A DNA stretch of 64,000 nucleotides from Isurus oxyrinchus (taxonomy: Eukaryota): assembly GCA_026770705.1 (NCBI GenBank), contig JANJGN010000035.1, forward strand, positions 310,001 to 374,000, written 5' to 3'. Below the pieces are notes generated by a model. It saw nothing but the letters and a program-made list of their open reading frames with translations, did no database searches and had not been told where the DNA came from. This document shows, one piece after another, positions 11,659-24,492 of this stretch (positions are counted from its first letter, which is position 1; every line of letters starts with the position of its first letter). Made by a program: the position numbers and the translations under genes.

Positions 11659-14600
11659 ATGATCCTGCCAACGATTCTACAAGTAAAGCAAATTTACTAC
11701 CCAATTCTTGCAGCCTTTTGTATTCCTGGTAAGTCATTGTTGCCTGGTATCTGCTGAGAATTTCACTGCTAGTGATTATGTGGCTGATTGTGGGAATGTC
11801 TCACTGCCGAGTCATATTTCTACCAGGATGAATGCTGAATATCAACGGGAAATATAGGTGTTCACAGGGCCTGGGAGCCGTGGTTCTGCTCAGCAGATTG
11901 TGGGCACCTGGAGTTTAATTTTCCTGCTCACCCTGAAAGAGAGGGGGTTTGAATTGCCGCCACTCCAACAGTTCATAGATCATTTAGCAATGTGTTGCTT
12001 AGTGTCTATATTAACAATCTCAGATGTTCTGTTGCCCATTGTCGACATTACAGTGATAAGTCCAAGTACTGCAGCGTCCTCCACCCAGCAGGGAACAAGA
12101 AGATATTTTGAGGAACAGGAAGTTGCTCCTCATTCCTCCCTCGCAAAGAATCTTTGCGGATCCATCTCTTCCTATTTAGTTCATGACCGGGTCCTTCAGA
12201 GCGATTATAAAAAGTCAAAGAGTGCTGTGTTGAATTCAAATGGATAGTTGTTTTCTTCAGCTGAATATTTTATTTCAATTTATTGCTTCCTGTAATGGAT
12301 TGGAAATTAAATTGAACACCGCTGGCACCTGATGTCCTTCCCGAGATTCCCATCACCAAATATTCAGGAGGAACCGTTTGTAAAATTCTCTTTAGTGTAA
12401 CATGGAGCCTCAATGGCAATTTATCAAATTCACTCAGTGTTTCACATGGGAACGGCTTGATGACAGGCAGATTACATGTCAGGAAATCTGTTTATTATTT
12501 GACCTTTTAAATACAACAAGTTATAGAAGTATCCCATTTTCCCCTTACGAAACTTTTTATCGGTAAGTGGACAGTCTCCATGAGGTACTCACGGGTGACC
12601 TGCACTGTACAGTTTAAATGCAAATTGAGCCTCAATCCAATGCCAGTGGCGATGGTCTTTGGAAGGGAATCAGGAGAGATGTTTGACGGACGGTTGATAA
12701 GATTTTGCCAGTTTTACACTATTAACCGAAGTCAACATTAGCTCCAGTTGAGGCATCAATGCATCAGTGTCGGTGAGAGTAGGAGTCAGCTTGGGGCGAC
12801 TCTCCGTTGCCATCCTGTGAACTGAATTCGAGTGACCCTTCTCTCAGCACTATGAAACCATCAGACTGAAACTTACCGGGAGGACGACAGAGTCCCTGTT
12901 CCTGTACATAGTGTTACAGTACACTTGAGAATCAATTACCTGATGGAAAAGAAATTCTCATAGGACTCCGGTGGACGGAAACAATGGACAAGATTTCACT
13001 TCTTTTAACATTTACTGTAAAAAAATCAAACCATAGACAAAAATATATAATTAATTGATAACTGTATTCAGTAGAAAGCGTTTATTATTATTATAGTAGC
13101 TGATACAACAATGGTATACCTGATGGATTTCTCGGCCAGTCCTCAGCACATATTTGGCTCTGTGTTCAGTCTCAATGTCTCTCACAACTCCACCTTGCTC
13201 CAACAGTGCTCAACTACTCTTCTTCCCGCAGGGTCTGATTCTCAATTGGCCTCCAACAGCCAATTCACTCCATCCAAGCTCCACGGGTATGATAATCATC
13301 AACGAGGCACACTTCTGTGCAGCATCTTTCACTCGGGTCACAACGCTCCTGATGGCAGCGTTTTCTCAGAGGGACTGTCACCCCACCATTCAATGGCTCT
13401 CTGGTACACAGTATGATCAGCTCTGGTTAAAAAGAAATAACTCCCAGCTCTTCAGCTTGCCTGGTTGGCTCACAGATTGTCTCAGGTTACAGTCTTTTAA
13501 GATTGCTCCCATTCACAGATTCAGCGAGAGCGCCTGGGCCTGCATTGCCTCTGCTGAAAAGCAATTGAATTTTTTATACTCTGCTTTTTTTGACCACAGA
13601 TGAAATCCTATCTCCCAATCTGTTTATACTTCCTAATTAGATGCACAGGTTCATTTCTCAGAAGTCCGGTATCCAAATTGTAGATCCCACCGCCAGAAAC
13701 CTGTTTCCGGTCGCTGCTTCAGCTAGGGGTCATTTCAAAAATACTGCTCTTAAAAATGAGCACACGAGAGTGCATATTCGTTTATTTATTTTAGGAATTT
13801 CATGAACACTTTACAATATTATAAATCGATAGGTGTATATAACGCTAGGTAGAAATGCACAGTACTATTTCCTGTAATATTCTGTGAAATGTTTGTGAGC
13901 ATTCATGTTACCTACTTTCTCTCCCCTTTTCCCACAGCAAACCTGATGACAATGGTAATTCTCTTCAGAGGAAATTGCGGTCTTTCAAAATGTTTTTATT
14001 TCTATATGGTGTCCATGGCAATAGCTGATTTACTGGTCATGCTCAATGATGTTCTCGTGTATAACATCCTTAGTAAGCATTTTCCACCTATAATCCTGTC
14101 CTATACACCCATTTGCAAGTTCATAATGTACACAAATAATGTCAACCTGTATTTAACGGTGTGGTTTACAGTCTCCCTCACATTTGACCGATTTGTATCT
14201 ATCTGTAGTCACCAATTTAAGGCAAGGTATTGCACAGTGTGAACTGCGGTGACAGTTCTAACAGCAATCTCTGTCCTCTCATGTTTACAGGTCATCCCTT
14301 TTTGGTTTGCATTTGACCCTAAGCGAATAGTTCACAATGTTCCCTGGGGTTTCCAACCCAGCCTGGAATTTTATACATCTCCTATTGGCTACAAAGTATT
14401 TTATTGACTTGGATTCCTTTCACTTTGATATTACTGTTTAATTGTTTGACGGTCAGACGAATTTAAGTAGCCAGTGGAGCCCGTAAGAAGCTCCGGGGTC
14501 ACAGCAGCGAGAATCACAGTGATCCGGAAATGCAGAACCGAAGGAAATCGATTAGATTACTGTTCACTGTATCGGGTAATTTTATACTGTTGTGGCTGAC

Positions 14601-14885
14601 AGCAGTCGTTTGTTCGTTAGTCAGTGGTGCGGTCATTCATGTACGACCGGATTATACAGCTCCCGCATACATTGCCACTCAAACTGGACAAATGCTCATG
14701 TATTTGAGTTCCTGCACAAACGCGTTTATTTATGCACTACACAAACTAAATTCCGGGAAGAGCTGAAGCAGATAGTGAAATCTCCTTGGACAATTATTCT
14801 GATACTAATAAACAAAATGCAAAATGAAAGTAAAACTCTTCCTATTCTGACCATAGTTAAATTTTCTCCAGTGTTCCCGGTTTGA
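11659..14885 (+). pseudogene. Two-exon GPR139/GPR142-like class A GPCR pseudogene
   Basis: Exon 1 11659-11728 (MILPTILQVKQIYYPILAAFCIP, phase-1 donor GTAAGT). Exon 2 from 13938 after a polypyrimidine/CAG acceptor: ANLMTMVILFRGNCGLSKC...MAIADLLV...LTFDRFVSIC...DPEMQNRRKSI...SSCTNAFIY...TQTKFREELK. Lesions: TGA 14240-14242, deletion/frameshift ~14385, TAA 14464-14466, frameshift ~14738. Confidence 0.9.
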
Positions 14886-15289
14886 TTGTGCACTTTCTGC
14901 TGCCACGACAACATGTTGCTTTATTTAAATAATATCCGAAAACATTGACCACTTTGTGTCATGTGTTTTATGTTTGCTCATTTTGAACGTGGATTAGAAT
15001 TGTTTCTTCCAATTGAAGTGCGCTTGCTACTCATGGTACGTGGAGAACAGTCATCAACATGTTACAACAGTGGAGTAAACCCTCTCTGCGTTGGCCTTAA
15101 CTCCGGTGCACGGCAGGAACTGCAATAAGAAGCTCTAGTTTAGTAAACAGCTAAGGTCCCAAAACTTCCAATGTCCACTGCAGTGAATTTAAGTTGCTGT
15201 TACACATCCCAAACTGCGCGGACGTCCTGACACGTTTTTGACAAAATTTTCTATCGACAACTAAGCCCTGATCCATCATAAATTGTTCC

Positions 15290-16988
15290 TCTGTGGAAGG
15301 AGAGCAGGGGTGTTTAGGGACCAGAAAGAGGATTGCAGGGACAGCATGGCATGTGAGATAATAAATGAATGCTTTGCACCTGTTTTTACGAAGGAAGAAT
15401 ATGCTGGCTAGGCCATAGTGCAAAAGGAGGGAATAATGTCACTAAAAGGCTAAAAATTGATAAGGAGGAAGTATTGGATAGGTTAGCTGCACCGAAAGTC
15501 GTCAAATGAGGGAAGCGAGAGTAAATATTGAAGAGGCACTGGCTATAAAGTTTCGGTCTTATATAGATTCAAGGATCGTCCTAGCGAATGGAAAGTTGCA
15601 AACAATGCACCCTTATTCAAAGAAGCGTCAAGGGATTAAGTGACAGATTTGTCAGTTTAAATTCGCTGATCAGAAACTTCTAGAAAGTACAATTAGCGAC
15701 AGGATTAATAGAGGTGGACATATGCGAGTTAATTAAGGAAATCATCATAGAATTCTGAATGGGAAATCATAGCTAACTAACTTACTTTTAAAAAAAGTAA
15801 CACAAAGGAACGATAAAGGCAAAACTGTTGTTGTACATGGACTCCCAAACACATTTGATACAGTACCACACAACAGTCAAGTGAGGAAAAACATGTAGCT
15901 AATGGAATAAATCGGAAAGTAGCAACATGTTTACAAAACTGGCTGAGTGACAGGAGGCAGATAGTAATGCTTTATGCATATCTTTCAAGCTGGAGGATGG
16001 CTTGTGTTGGAATTCCCCAGACGTCCGCATGGCACCCTTGCTTTCGCCTGAAAAATATTAATGATCTATACTTCAGTGCATAAGGAACAATTTCAAAATT
16101 TTCGGATGATACAAAACTTGAAAGCCTTGTACATTGTGGGGAGTGCAGTTTAGAGCTGCAAAAGTACATATACAAGGTGTTGGAATTGGTTTATAAGTGG
16201 CAGATGAATTCAACGTAGCAAAATGTGAGCCGGTACACTTTGGTAAAAAGACCATATAAGGTAAGGCTTACAAGTGCAAGGGAGGTTCTGGAGCAGTGGG
16301 ATATAGGTGTATGTGTGTATATATAGTTGAACGTGGCAGGATAAGTTGAGAGGGCAATTAATAAAGTTTAAAGTTTCTTTGCCATTTTTAATAAGAACAC
16401 AGAGTACAAAACCAAGGAGGTTATGTTGAGCTGTATTTAGACCTCAACTAGAGTTCTGCAGTCAGTTCTGGGCTCACGTTTTAGGAAGGATTTATGTCAT
16501 TGGAGAGAGAGAGCAGTAGAGGTTTAAAGGAATAAGGTGTTGGATTCATTACTTATGAAGAGAGGTAGGAGAAATTGGAACACTTTTCTTTGGATAAAAG
16601 AAGCTGGGAGGAGCTTTGATAGAAGTATCCAAAACCCTGAGGAGACTGGAGAGGGAGGTTAGGGATAAAGTGTCTCACTTGGTGAAAGGAATATAATAAA
16701 AAAGAGCACAGATTTATGCTAATTGGCAAAACAAAACAAAAGTAATATGAAAAAAATAACTTTTTTAACCAGTGAGTGGATGGGTCTGGAATGGACTTCA
16801 TGAAGGTGGAGGCAGGTTCAATCGATGCATTCAAAAGGGAATTGGGTGCTTCCTTCGAAAATAAATAATTTCACTGTTACGAGGAGAAGGCAGGAGAATG
16901 GCATTAGATAAAGTGCTCATTCACAAAGCCGTTGCAGACATGATGAGTCGAATGGCCTAATTTTTGCACTGTAACAATTCTGTGATTC
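15290..16988 (+). mobile_element. Decayed CR1 LINE ORF2 to 3' tail
   Basis: WKVAN..PLFKK, FSDDTKL and other CR1 RT remnants; ends in AATTCTGTGATTCT tail. Confidence 0.85.
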
Positions 16989-17029
16989 TCTCTCTACACC
17001 GCAAAACATGTGAATATGCGAGGCAGAAT

Positions 17030-18310
17030 CTGGTATCGCCCTGCAGCACCGCACATCTACCAAAACCCTCATCTCTGCCTAAATCATCTATCAACCAATA
17101 CAAATTCTCAGGCCAGTCATCATCATACTCAACGTCGGTCCTCTCCATTCCACACGTTGCCTAAAAGACTTGATTGTTGAGCTTTGGACAATATATTGGG
17201 AATCACAACAAGCAACTTTTGATCATTCCCCATGAATTTCTAGGGGCCAATCGTCTCCACTGCCATTCGAGGCCCACCTTTGCTCAGATTCCAAAATTGG
17301 CTAAAAGAGCAACCACCTTCAGTCTGCCTATCAGCAACTCTGTAGTTGCACTGATGCCAGCACCTACGTTCAGTCGATCTCGAAATTCAGCAATCGTGGA
17401 GGCCTCCATACTTTTAATCAATGCAGAAGCGTCTGCATTTGAACTGAAAATGGTCGTGGTCGGAAATGAATGAATTCCCGCCTTCTTTTTAGGAAGGTCG
17501 CCATTTGTTCTAAGAGAGTCTCCTCCGTGAAATGGAAACCCCGTCAGTTCTAGAAATATGTGAAATTTGGGTACAGTCTCGTAATTTTAATAGAAACACA
17601 GACTCGGAACATCTAGGGCAAACTTTGTCGATCTCTGATAACACCTATTAAACTCTAGAAAATACTCGTCCATGGACTGATGGTCTGTCATCGCAAATTT
17701 ATCAGACGTTGACCACGCTACGTAGTCTTCTAACAAATCACCTTCAATATAAAACCTAACCACCAATTGTCACAGAAGACTTAGTCCCTCCTTAATGTCC
17801 AAACCAGCTCCAAAAATAATTGACTCCTAATCTTATTGCTTCCTGCTGCTGCCGAATTCAAAGCGGTGCCCTTCTTCCTCTTGGAAAACGTGGTAACTCG
17901 AGTGCTCATTTCCACCTCATTTTCCGTTGCTTCTACCGTTCAAATAACCGAAAAATCAGTTGCAATCAAAGGTTGAAAAGTCGCTTCTGGCTTCAGCCAT
18001 TTTTCACCAGAGCTTTCCTGGAGCAATACGTTTGTCAAAAATAGATACAAAGAATGCTTATTCACCTTACAGCCACTACAGCTCGCCGCTCATTCTCTGG
18101 AACCATGGTGCGATTTGATACTCATTCCCTGAATAAAGGAAGAATATGGAGACAGTCGTTCTTAACATTGGTTTAGTCACAAAACCCAGAGAACACAGGC
18201 ACGAAGTTAATTTTCCTTCCATCCACATGGGTGGAAACCAATTATTTTATATGCTTAATAATATTGCATCACCATTTCTCCCAACTAATAAAAGAACCTT
18301 ATAACTAGAG
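17030..18310 (-). mobile_element. Copia-like LTR retrotransposon remnant (LTR, PBS, gag, start of protease)
   Basis: Minus strand: PBS-like TGGTTCCAGAGAATGA (18105-18090, 12/16 match to the tRNA-iMet complement); ATG at 18000; broken gag peptides ENEVEMSTRVTTFSKRKKG, DLLEDYVAWSTSDKF, SMDEYFLEFNRCY; degenerate zinc knuckle near 17200; CAVL protease-like start. Confidence 0.7.
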
Positions 18311-18369
18311 CATGCGCTTCAAGTGACAGGATTAGAACATTAAGTATGATAACCGTACGTACTTCGGAA

Positions 18370-18740
18370 TTGGTGTGCGGTCAAAGACAGGAGGGTGTGA
18401 CTACAAGTGAGGCAAGTAACTGGATCCAGCAAGTAGCATTGGACGAGCCTCAGCCCTTGTGCTTGTCCAACAGGAATTAATTGCTTGCAGCTTACATAAA
18501 ATACAGCAGTGACTACACCGTGGATGAATGCACACCTAAAGGGTCTCATTCCACGAGGCAGAGTAAAAGAATTGAAATTAGCTGTAGAAGAGGACAGCAT
18601 AGTCAGGCATATAGATACTAATCTTTGCAGCATGAGCTAAGAGCTGAAAGTCCTGCTGCCCGCAAAATGTCCGTTTTAAGGCTGGAGAGGAACCTGGAAT
18701 AGGAGGGGGAGGATACAATTTTTTTGATCCATGTGATATA
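18370..18740 (+). mobile_element. CR1 ORF1 (esterase-like) fragment
   Basis: GTAGAAGAGGACAGCATAGTCAGGCATATAGAT = VEEDSIVRHID, like the GDSIVR motif of CR1 ORF1. Confidence 0.55.
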
Positions 18741-18837
18741 TCGCTTTGTGGCTCAACATTAACTTTGCTTTTTTTTAATGTTAACTCTCTTGTTAAGAGG
18801 CTTGGAACTTTCCAGGCCATTGTGCCCTGGGCAGCCA

Positions 18838-18909
18838 GTGATGGGGGTATAGTGGTAAGCATAGCTCCCTTCTAATTAATTGACCCGGGTTCGGTTCTCG
18901 GCCGCCGCA
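18838..18909 (+). pseudogene. tRNA-Gly(TCC)-derived pseudogene
   Basis: GTGATGGGGGTATAGTGGTAAGCATAGCTCCCTTCTAATTAATTGACCCGGGTTCGGTTCTCGGCCGCCGCA aligns over 72 nt with tRNA-Gly(TCC); anticodon stem broken, anticodon now TCT. Confidence 0.88.
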
Positions 18910-19550
18910 GTCTGTTCATTTCTAAACCCCTGAGATATGAAGTTCGCAGCTAAATTTCATCTGATTTGGTGAAACTTCCAAAAATACGAGCTGATTTATT
19001 TTTTATAAAAAACATATTTCCAACCTCCACGTCTCATCCATTTAAAATGTAGCTTAGGTTTATTCCTTGTTGCTGATAATGAAAGGTTTTCTTGAACTGT
19101 GGTATGGAGTCAGGATAGAATGACTACGATTTAGTAAAATTCGCCGATTATATGAATTTTTCTACTCTGTTGTTTCCCATTTCTTATTTGAATATGGATT
19201 CCTGCACAGGGATTCTTTTATTGTTCAAAAAGCGAGACACTGCTCAATTTGGGAATCTGAAATAATGACTGTATTTGCTGAAATACTCATCTGTGCTCCG
19301 ACAGTATCTGTGGAGAGAGGAAAGGAGGATTCACACTTCAGGTCGAATGAAGTTTTAACGAATAGACCTGATATTGGAACGTCGAAATTGCCAGAGCTAC
19401 TAAGTTCTTCCAGTTCTTTTTTTCCATTTGAATCATGGAATATCAACAACACAGAAAGAGGCTATTCGGGCTGTCCATTCTGTGCTGGCCCTCTGAAAGA
19501 GCAATTCACCGAATGCTGCTCTCTGTAATCCTGCAATGTTTCACTATTCA

Positions 19551-19760
19551 TCTGAGTGCGGATTGATTCTATCAATATCAGACTCTGGTACTATCTGTGA
19601 TTGTGGAATGGATTCTGATGCTACCTGCGATTGTGGGATTCGTTCTATCAATGTCAGTCTCTGGTACTATCTGTGATTGTGGGATTAGTTGTGTAAATAT
19701 CAGTCTCACTTACTACCTGTGAGTGTGGTATTGATTCTGTATTTGTCAGTCTCTGACTCA
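19551..19760. repeat. 46-bp minisatellite, ~4.5 units
   Basis: Unit approx. TCTGTGATTGTGGGATTGATTCTATCAATATCAGTCTCTGGTACTA. Confidence 0.85.
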
Positions 19761-22059
19761 CGAACAATCAGCGTTCGGGTTGCACTAAGTAACTCATGTG
19801 CAGTTTTCTGCTGTAAATCAGCAACTAGAATCAACTTTTTCTGCAATTCACTTAGATCATTATCTGAGCCAAAGGATTGGGATTGGGAAACGTTCACAGA
19901 TCATTGAAAAGTGAGGGGGTTGAAGCTTTACCAACTCCAAATTGGCATCATTCCCTGCAGGGGATTTGTTGTTCACGAGCCCATCTTCAGAAAGCAATCC
20001 TGCAGAAACATGGGAGGAATGAGGGAGGTAGTGATTTCTTGGGACCGTGCAATAGTTAATATCTGACAGGGAGACCCCAGATTCATTTAATCGAAGTGAA
20101 ACACTCCGTGACTGAGAGCAATACCTAGCAATCATGTCCTGCAAGACTGCAGAGATTACAACAGGGGAAATGGGCAATAATATGAGGCTTTGGATCACTC
20201 TCTGGCACTGGCCCTGAGTGTGTGATTAATAATGTATTTTTCTCCAGTAAAATATCAGTGAGAAATGAGACAGCAACTTCTACCATTCCAATTGTACCTT
20301 CGTAAAACTGGATTGAACAATGTATTCTGCAATCGATACTTTGCCTGACTGTCTGTGTCTCATTGCCTGAACTCACCCTGACTTTATCTTTTACTCCGTC
20401 CTCTCTCCCTTTTCTCCCTTGCTCTATAAAACAACGTGGGATACGCTTACTGAAGGGCCAGAGCACAACATTTGTATTTCCATATTAATTAAACATATTG
20501 CTGGTTTTGAATCATCTAATAATGTAACATTAGACCTGTCTTAATCCAGCCAGAGCTATGATGCGTTTCAGCCCCTGAATCTGGGGACACCGTGAGCAGA
20601 GCTGCAAAACTAGAAATAACCCTGGAGAATACATAGCAGAGGCCGAGCGGAGTGGGAAGCCTATCCCTGGAACGGTCAGTCTGAGGAAAGTTTGTCCTGT
20701 GAATGTGCAACTGTGACCATTATGCAAGAGAGAGTGTGTGAAAGGGATTGGCGGGTTTAAATGATGTCCCTGTGCTTCTGTGTCTGCTCTCAGTGCCTGA
20801 TTTCTGTGCCCCTCTTGTGTGAAACAAAATGATTTCCCTGCCATAGGATCACTCTGCTGCTAGCTCTGAAGTGAGAATAAAACGGGAAGATTGAGTTGAT
20901 TTTGAGATTTCTGTCGAAAAGAAGAGAGCGTGTCAGCGAATGGATGAGACAGCATGACCAGTGCAGAAGTGAAAGAGGTTTAAAACGAAACTGAGGCTTT
21001 TTCAGTGAATGAAGCCGTTTTCAAGAACAACCATTTTGGCACTCTGGAGTTTCCGAATTGCAATGGCTTTGGACAGTTTAGCAGCAGAAAGGAACAAAAT
21101 ATTTCATGCATTAGGACACACAGTTCCCTCTAACTCCGAGCTCTGCAATCTCTCACCGTTTATACCATGTGCCTCTTTTTTGTTTGCCCTGCCAAAATGG
21201 TCAAACTCACATTTTCCTACTTTACACCCCATTTGCCATCTCTAATCACGTAACCTATCTATATCCTTCCATCCCCTTCACAACTAATTTTCCTACCTCC
21301 ATTTGTTTGATCCTTACTTCCCCATCTACTTTGACGGTTGTTCAAGTCTCATGTGTCGCTTTTAGAAATGTTTCTGCTCAAGGATTGTTGTGAATGGGGA
21401 ATTATGCCTGCCTGGTAAAGTTTGAAAGTAATAGCAGAGTGAATCACAATCAAGGAAGTATTTTGAAATATATGCATTTCAACAAAGTCCATTCTACTGC
21501 TATCTCCCCGCATCCCTGCGCATTGATGGTTTTCCAACCATCATCTCATCCCCTCTTGCACCTGGACAGGCAGTGGGAATGCAGCCTATAGCTTGGAAGG
21601 TGGGTAATGGAGGGGTGGACTTTGCTCCTCCCAGCCGCACAAAGGTGGACACATTAAAAATCCATTGTGTGGTCCCGAGGCCACTTCCTCAGTACCTGCT
21701 GCTCCCAGGTGTATTTCCATTTCCTGTGCTGGTGTATGCCACGTTACTGCTTCTGATCGGTAAGTGGAACAGCGCCATATGGATCAGGAGTGAGTGGGGT
21801 CGAGAATGAGAGAGATTGGGGCCTATAATGGAGTTTCTGGGGAAGGGGTGGGCAGGCTAGCATAGAAATGGGGAGGGGGGAGTGAAGCCAGCACGAATAG
21901 AGGAGGTGGGAAGATGGAAGCTAGGCTAGCATGGAGTTGGCTTCAGAGGGTCCGGCGGTGGGGGTGGGGGGTGGGTTTGTGGGGGCAGGGGTGAGCAGTG
22001 AGGGGGTGGGGGGAAGAATTGGCTTGAGGCAAACATCGTGTTTTTCTTCGGATTTTCTT

Positions 22060-22282
22060 TGAAATAAATGGTCCATTAACTTGATACTTCAAGGTAAGAT
22101 AATTCTCTGCTTTTAACTTGGAACGTGATCTTTAAGGAGGTGGGGTACATGGCTACTGTAATTTGGAACCTCATCCACACGATGAGGCCTCTGGCAATGC
22201 AGTACTCGGCCCTGTGCTGAGTCAGCCTGCATCGTGCTACCTGGGCTAGAACTTGGACTCTCTGCTTTCTCGATGCAGGGCA
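22060..22282 (-). mobile_element. Decayed Deu-type tRNA-derived SINE
   Basis: GCAATGCAGTACTCGGCCCTGTGCTGAGTCAGCCTG resembles a reversed shark DeuSINE body (from memory); paralog ~33515-33750. Confidence 0.5.
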
Positions 22283-22787
22283 AAAAAAAAAAAAATGACC
22301 ACAGGCCAGTCCTCATCACAAAGGGACCTGCAATATCTCCAGCACATTCGGGAGATGTTCCTCGCTACATATTTTAATCTCAACTGTAGGAGCCTCTTCA
22401 AATGCTGCTCGATATTTGTTCAAACATTATAATAGTTTGCAACATTTCTCCGTACTATCTCCGGACATAGAGAGATGTTTTCTTCAACTACGTTTATAGT
22501 GGACAGACTGTTTCCCAGTCAAGAGTAGACAGACTGTTTTTACCTGCTTGAAGTCTAATAATTATATCCAGCTAAAAATGGCCTAGAAACATTTGCATTC
22601 CAATCGAGATCACAAAATATGGTACAGTCACCCAAATTCTTCTCATTAAGTGTTCCCAGATGTTTTTGCTTCCCGCCACTAATTTTCAGTCCTTTCTGTC
22701 ATTGACAATTCTCACTCCATCAGTTGCTTCTTACCACACTTCTCCGCTTTTATTATCATCTGTTACAGCCATATCAGGGCCTCTCAA

Positions 22788-24492
22788 ATGGATTTCAGTG
22801 ACCTGATTGCTGCCGAGAGTTCGGCGCTCCCAGCAGAGCGAGCCACAGCAAGCCGAAAGTTATGTCTGGTTTTCTGGATCGCGGAGCTGCTGACCAGGAT
22901 GAGCCGCTGTCTGCCATGAGTGAGCAGAAGGATAGAGAGGAAGGTTGGATGGGCTTGGTCAAATGGAAGGGAAGAGGGAAGTTCTTCGGGAAAACTTTGA
23001 ATGTAAGTGGTAGGATTTTTATTTTCTTCTGTTATAGCGCATAGAAGCTGAACTGGAGCCCATTTGACAGTGTGAAACTAAACAAATAAATAGGCCTGGG
23101 ACCATGCCAAACAAGTTAGAATGTAAAACTGAGCAGAAAAATGTTTAAAATTCAGCCTGCACAATTGTTTCTTCAATACTTCCGTTTATGTGAGTGTCTA
23201 CAGGACAAAGTTGATCATTTCGTAATGAACTAAGGCACATGATTTATGCTCTTATCTGCACAGCGCAGCCCAAGGCAGTGACCATTGCACTGTTAAAGAT
23301 TCAGATACTAATACCTGCGATAAGCATGATATAAAGAAACTTTTAGTCAATCGTATTCATTGTGAGGTGACTGATTTCTGGGACATTGCAATATTAATTT
23401 TGCAGATTTATGGAAGGAGCTGTTGACCTGCAGCGGGACGCTGCTGCTGACTGTGCTACAGGAGCGAGCGCACAGAAGGCGAAGAATGTGATGACCAAGG
23501 GCAGTGTGCAGCCCCCTGCCACTGGACTCCATGGCACTGGGAGTGGCCCTCCACATGGAAAGGGGAAACAGTGTTATTCACCCGGGCCTGGGTTGGAGAC
23601 TAGCCGAATGCTGTGTGCAGGAATAATTGCCAAGTTGGAGGACGAGGAGCAGGAGGAACCACCCACAGCTGGAAACGTGTCAACCCCCACCAATGGAACC
23701 GAGCAATGATCAGCATTGATGATAACGGGCACTGCACACAGTGCCAGCAGAAAGGAGCTGAGTGAGCCAGCCAGAGGGAAGAGGAAAGGCAGCATCAGGC
23801 TGAGGATCAACGTTACCCTCAGTCAGAATGAAAACAGCCATATCAGGCCAATGAGGCACAGAGCTGCTCACCAGCTGCATTCGCAGCCAAAAGAGGCTGA
23901 GCTTCACTTGGTAACAACCGAACATACATGGGTGCTAAATGGACAAGGACTGCCCAGCATCACAGATCCAACACCATTTTACCCAACTCCATACATAACA
24001 GGGGTCAGACTCCGAGGTGTGGTAGATGGACAATCGCACTTGGCCCTACGAGAGACTTTGGGTGAAATGGAAACCCTGAGGCAGGAGAATGGTAACCTGC
24101 GTACAGAGAACGAGAGGCGCGGGCTCAATTGAGCAGTTGGGTAAGGACACTGCACTACAGTGTGTGATTGCTGCACATTATGATGTATTGTTTCAGGGAC
24201 CTGAAAACGGTGAACTGTGAACTTGGAACTGACCATACCTAACCCTGGTAGAGATTTGCATTTGGATGTCATGCAATGAATGTGTATCAATCCTGCCCCT
24301 TTTTAACCATCCCACCCCTTAACTGCTGAATTTGTAGCCATTCGATTTTTCTGGGTAGAAATATAGAGCAATGTGTGACTTTATTCTTTCCATTGAAGAT
24401 GTGAATCCTGGAAATCTGCAGTTCATGCGGCACAATGTTGATCTCTTGAAGGGTAAGGGTAGCTTTGACAGCAGGCCTGAAGTTGAAAAGGG
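22788..24492 (+). pseudogene. BEN-domain gene pseudogene, copy A (exons 1-3 only)
   Basis: Exon 1 22788-23009 (MDFSDLIAAE...LCLVFWIAELLTR/EPLSAMSEQKDREEGWMGLVKWKGRGKFFGKTLNVS, donor GTAGGA). Exon 2 23406-24140 (linker, coiled coil LRETLGEMETLRQENGNLRTENERR, donor GTAAGG). Exon 3 ~24322-24492. BEN exons are missing relative to copy B. Confidence 0.72.

Noticed and set aside
12830-13620. ORFs 13111-13416 and 13154-13603 in the GPCR intron; possible reversed LTR
   Set aside because: No protein motif, and I could not define termini or a TSD.
18838-18909. Gly-to-Arg anticodon switch (TCT) as a mistranslating tRNA
   Set aside because: Anticodon and acceptor stems are broken and the B box is mutated; a pseudogene substitution.
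19480-19505. GGCCCTCTGAAAGAGC as a histone stem-loop
   Set aside because: Does not form the 6-bp stem with 4-nt loop, and lies in a reversed CR1-type tail.
19551-19760. CRISPR-like repeat array
   Set aside because: Contiguous degenerate units without unique spacers, no cas genes, eukaryotic context.
21860-22015. G-rich tract with G-quadruplex potential
   Set aside because: G runs are not conserved in position in the paralog (~33315-33470); ordinary low-complexity sequence.
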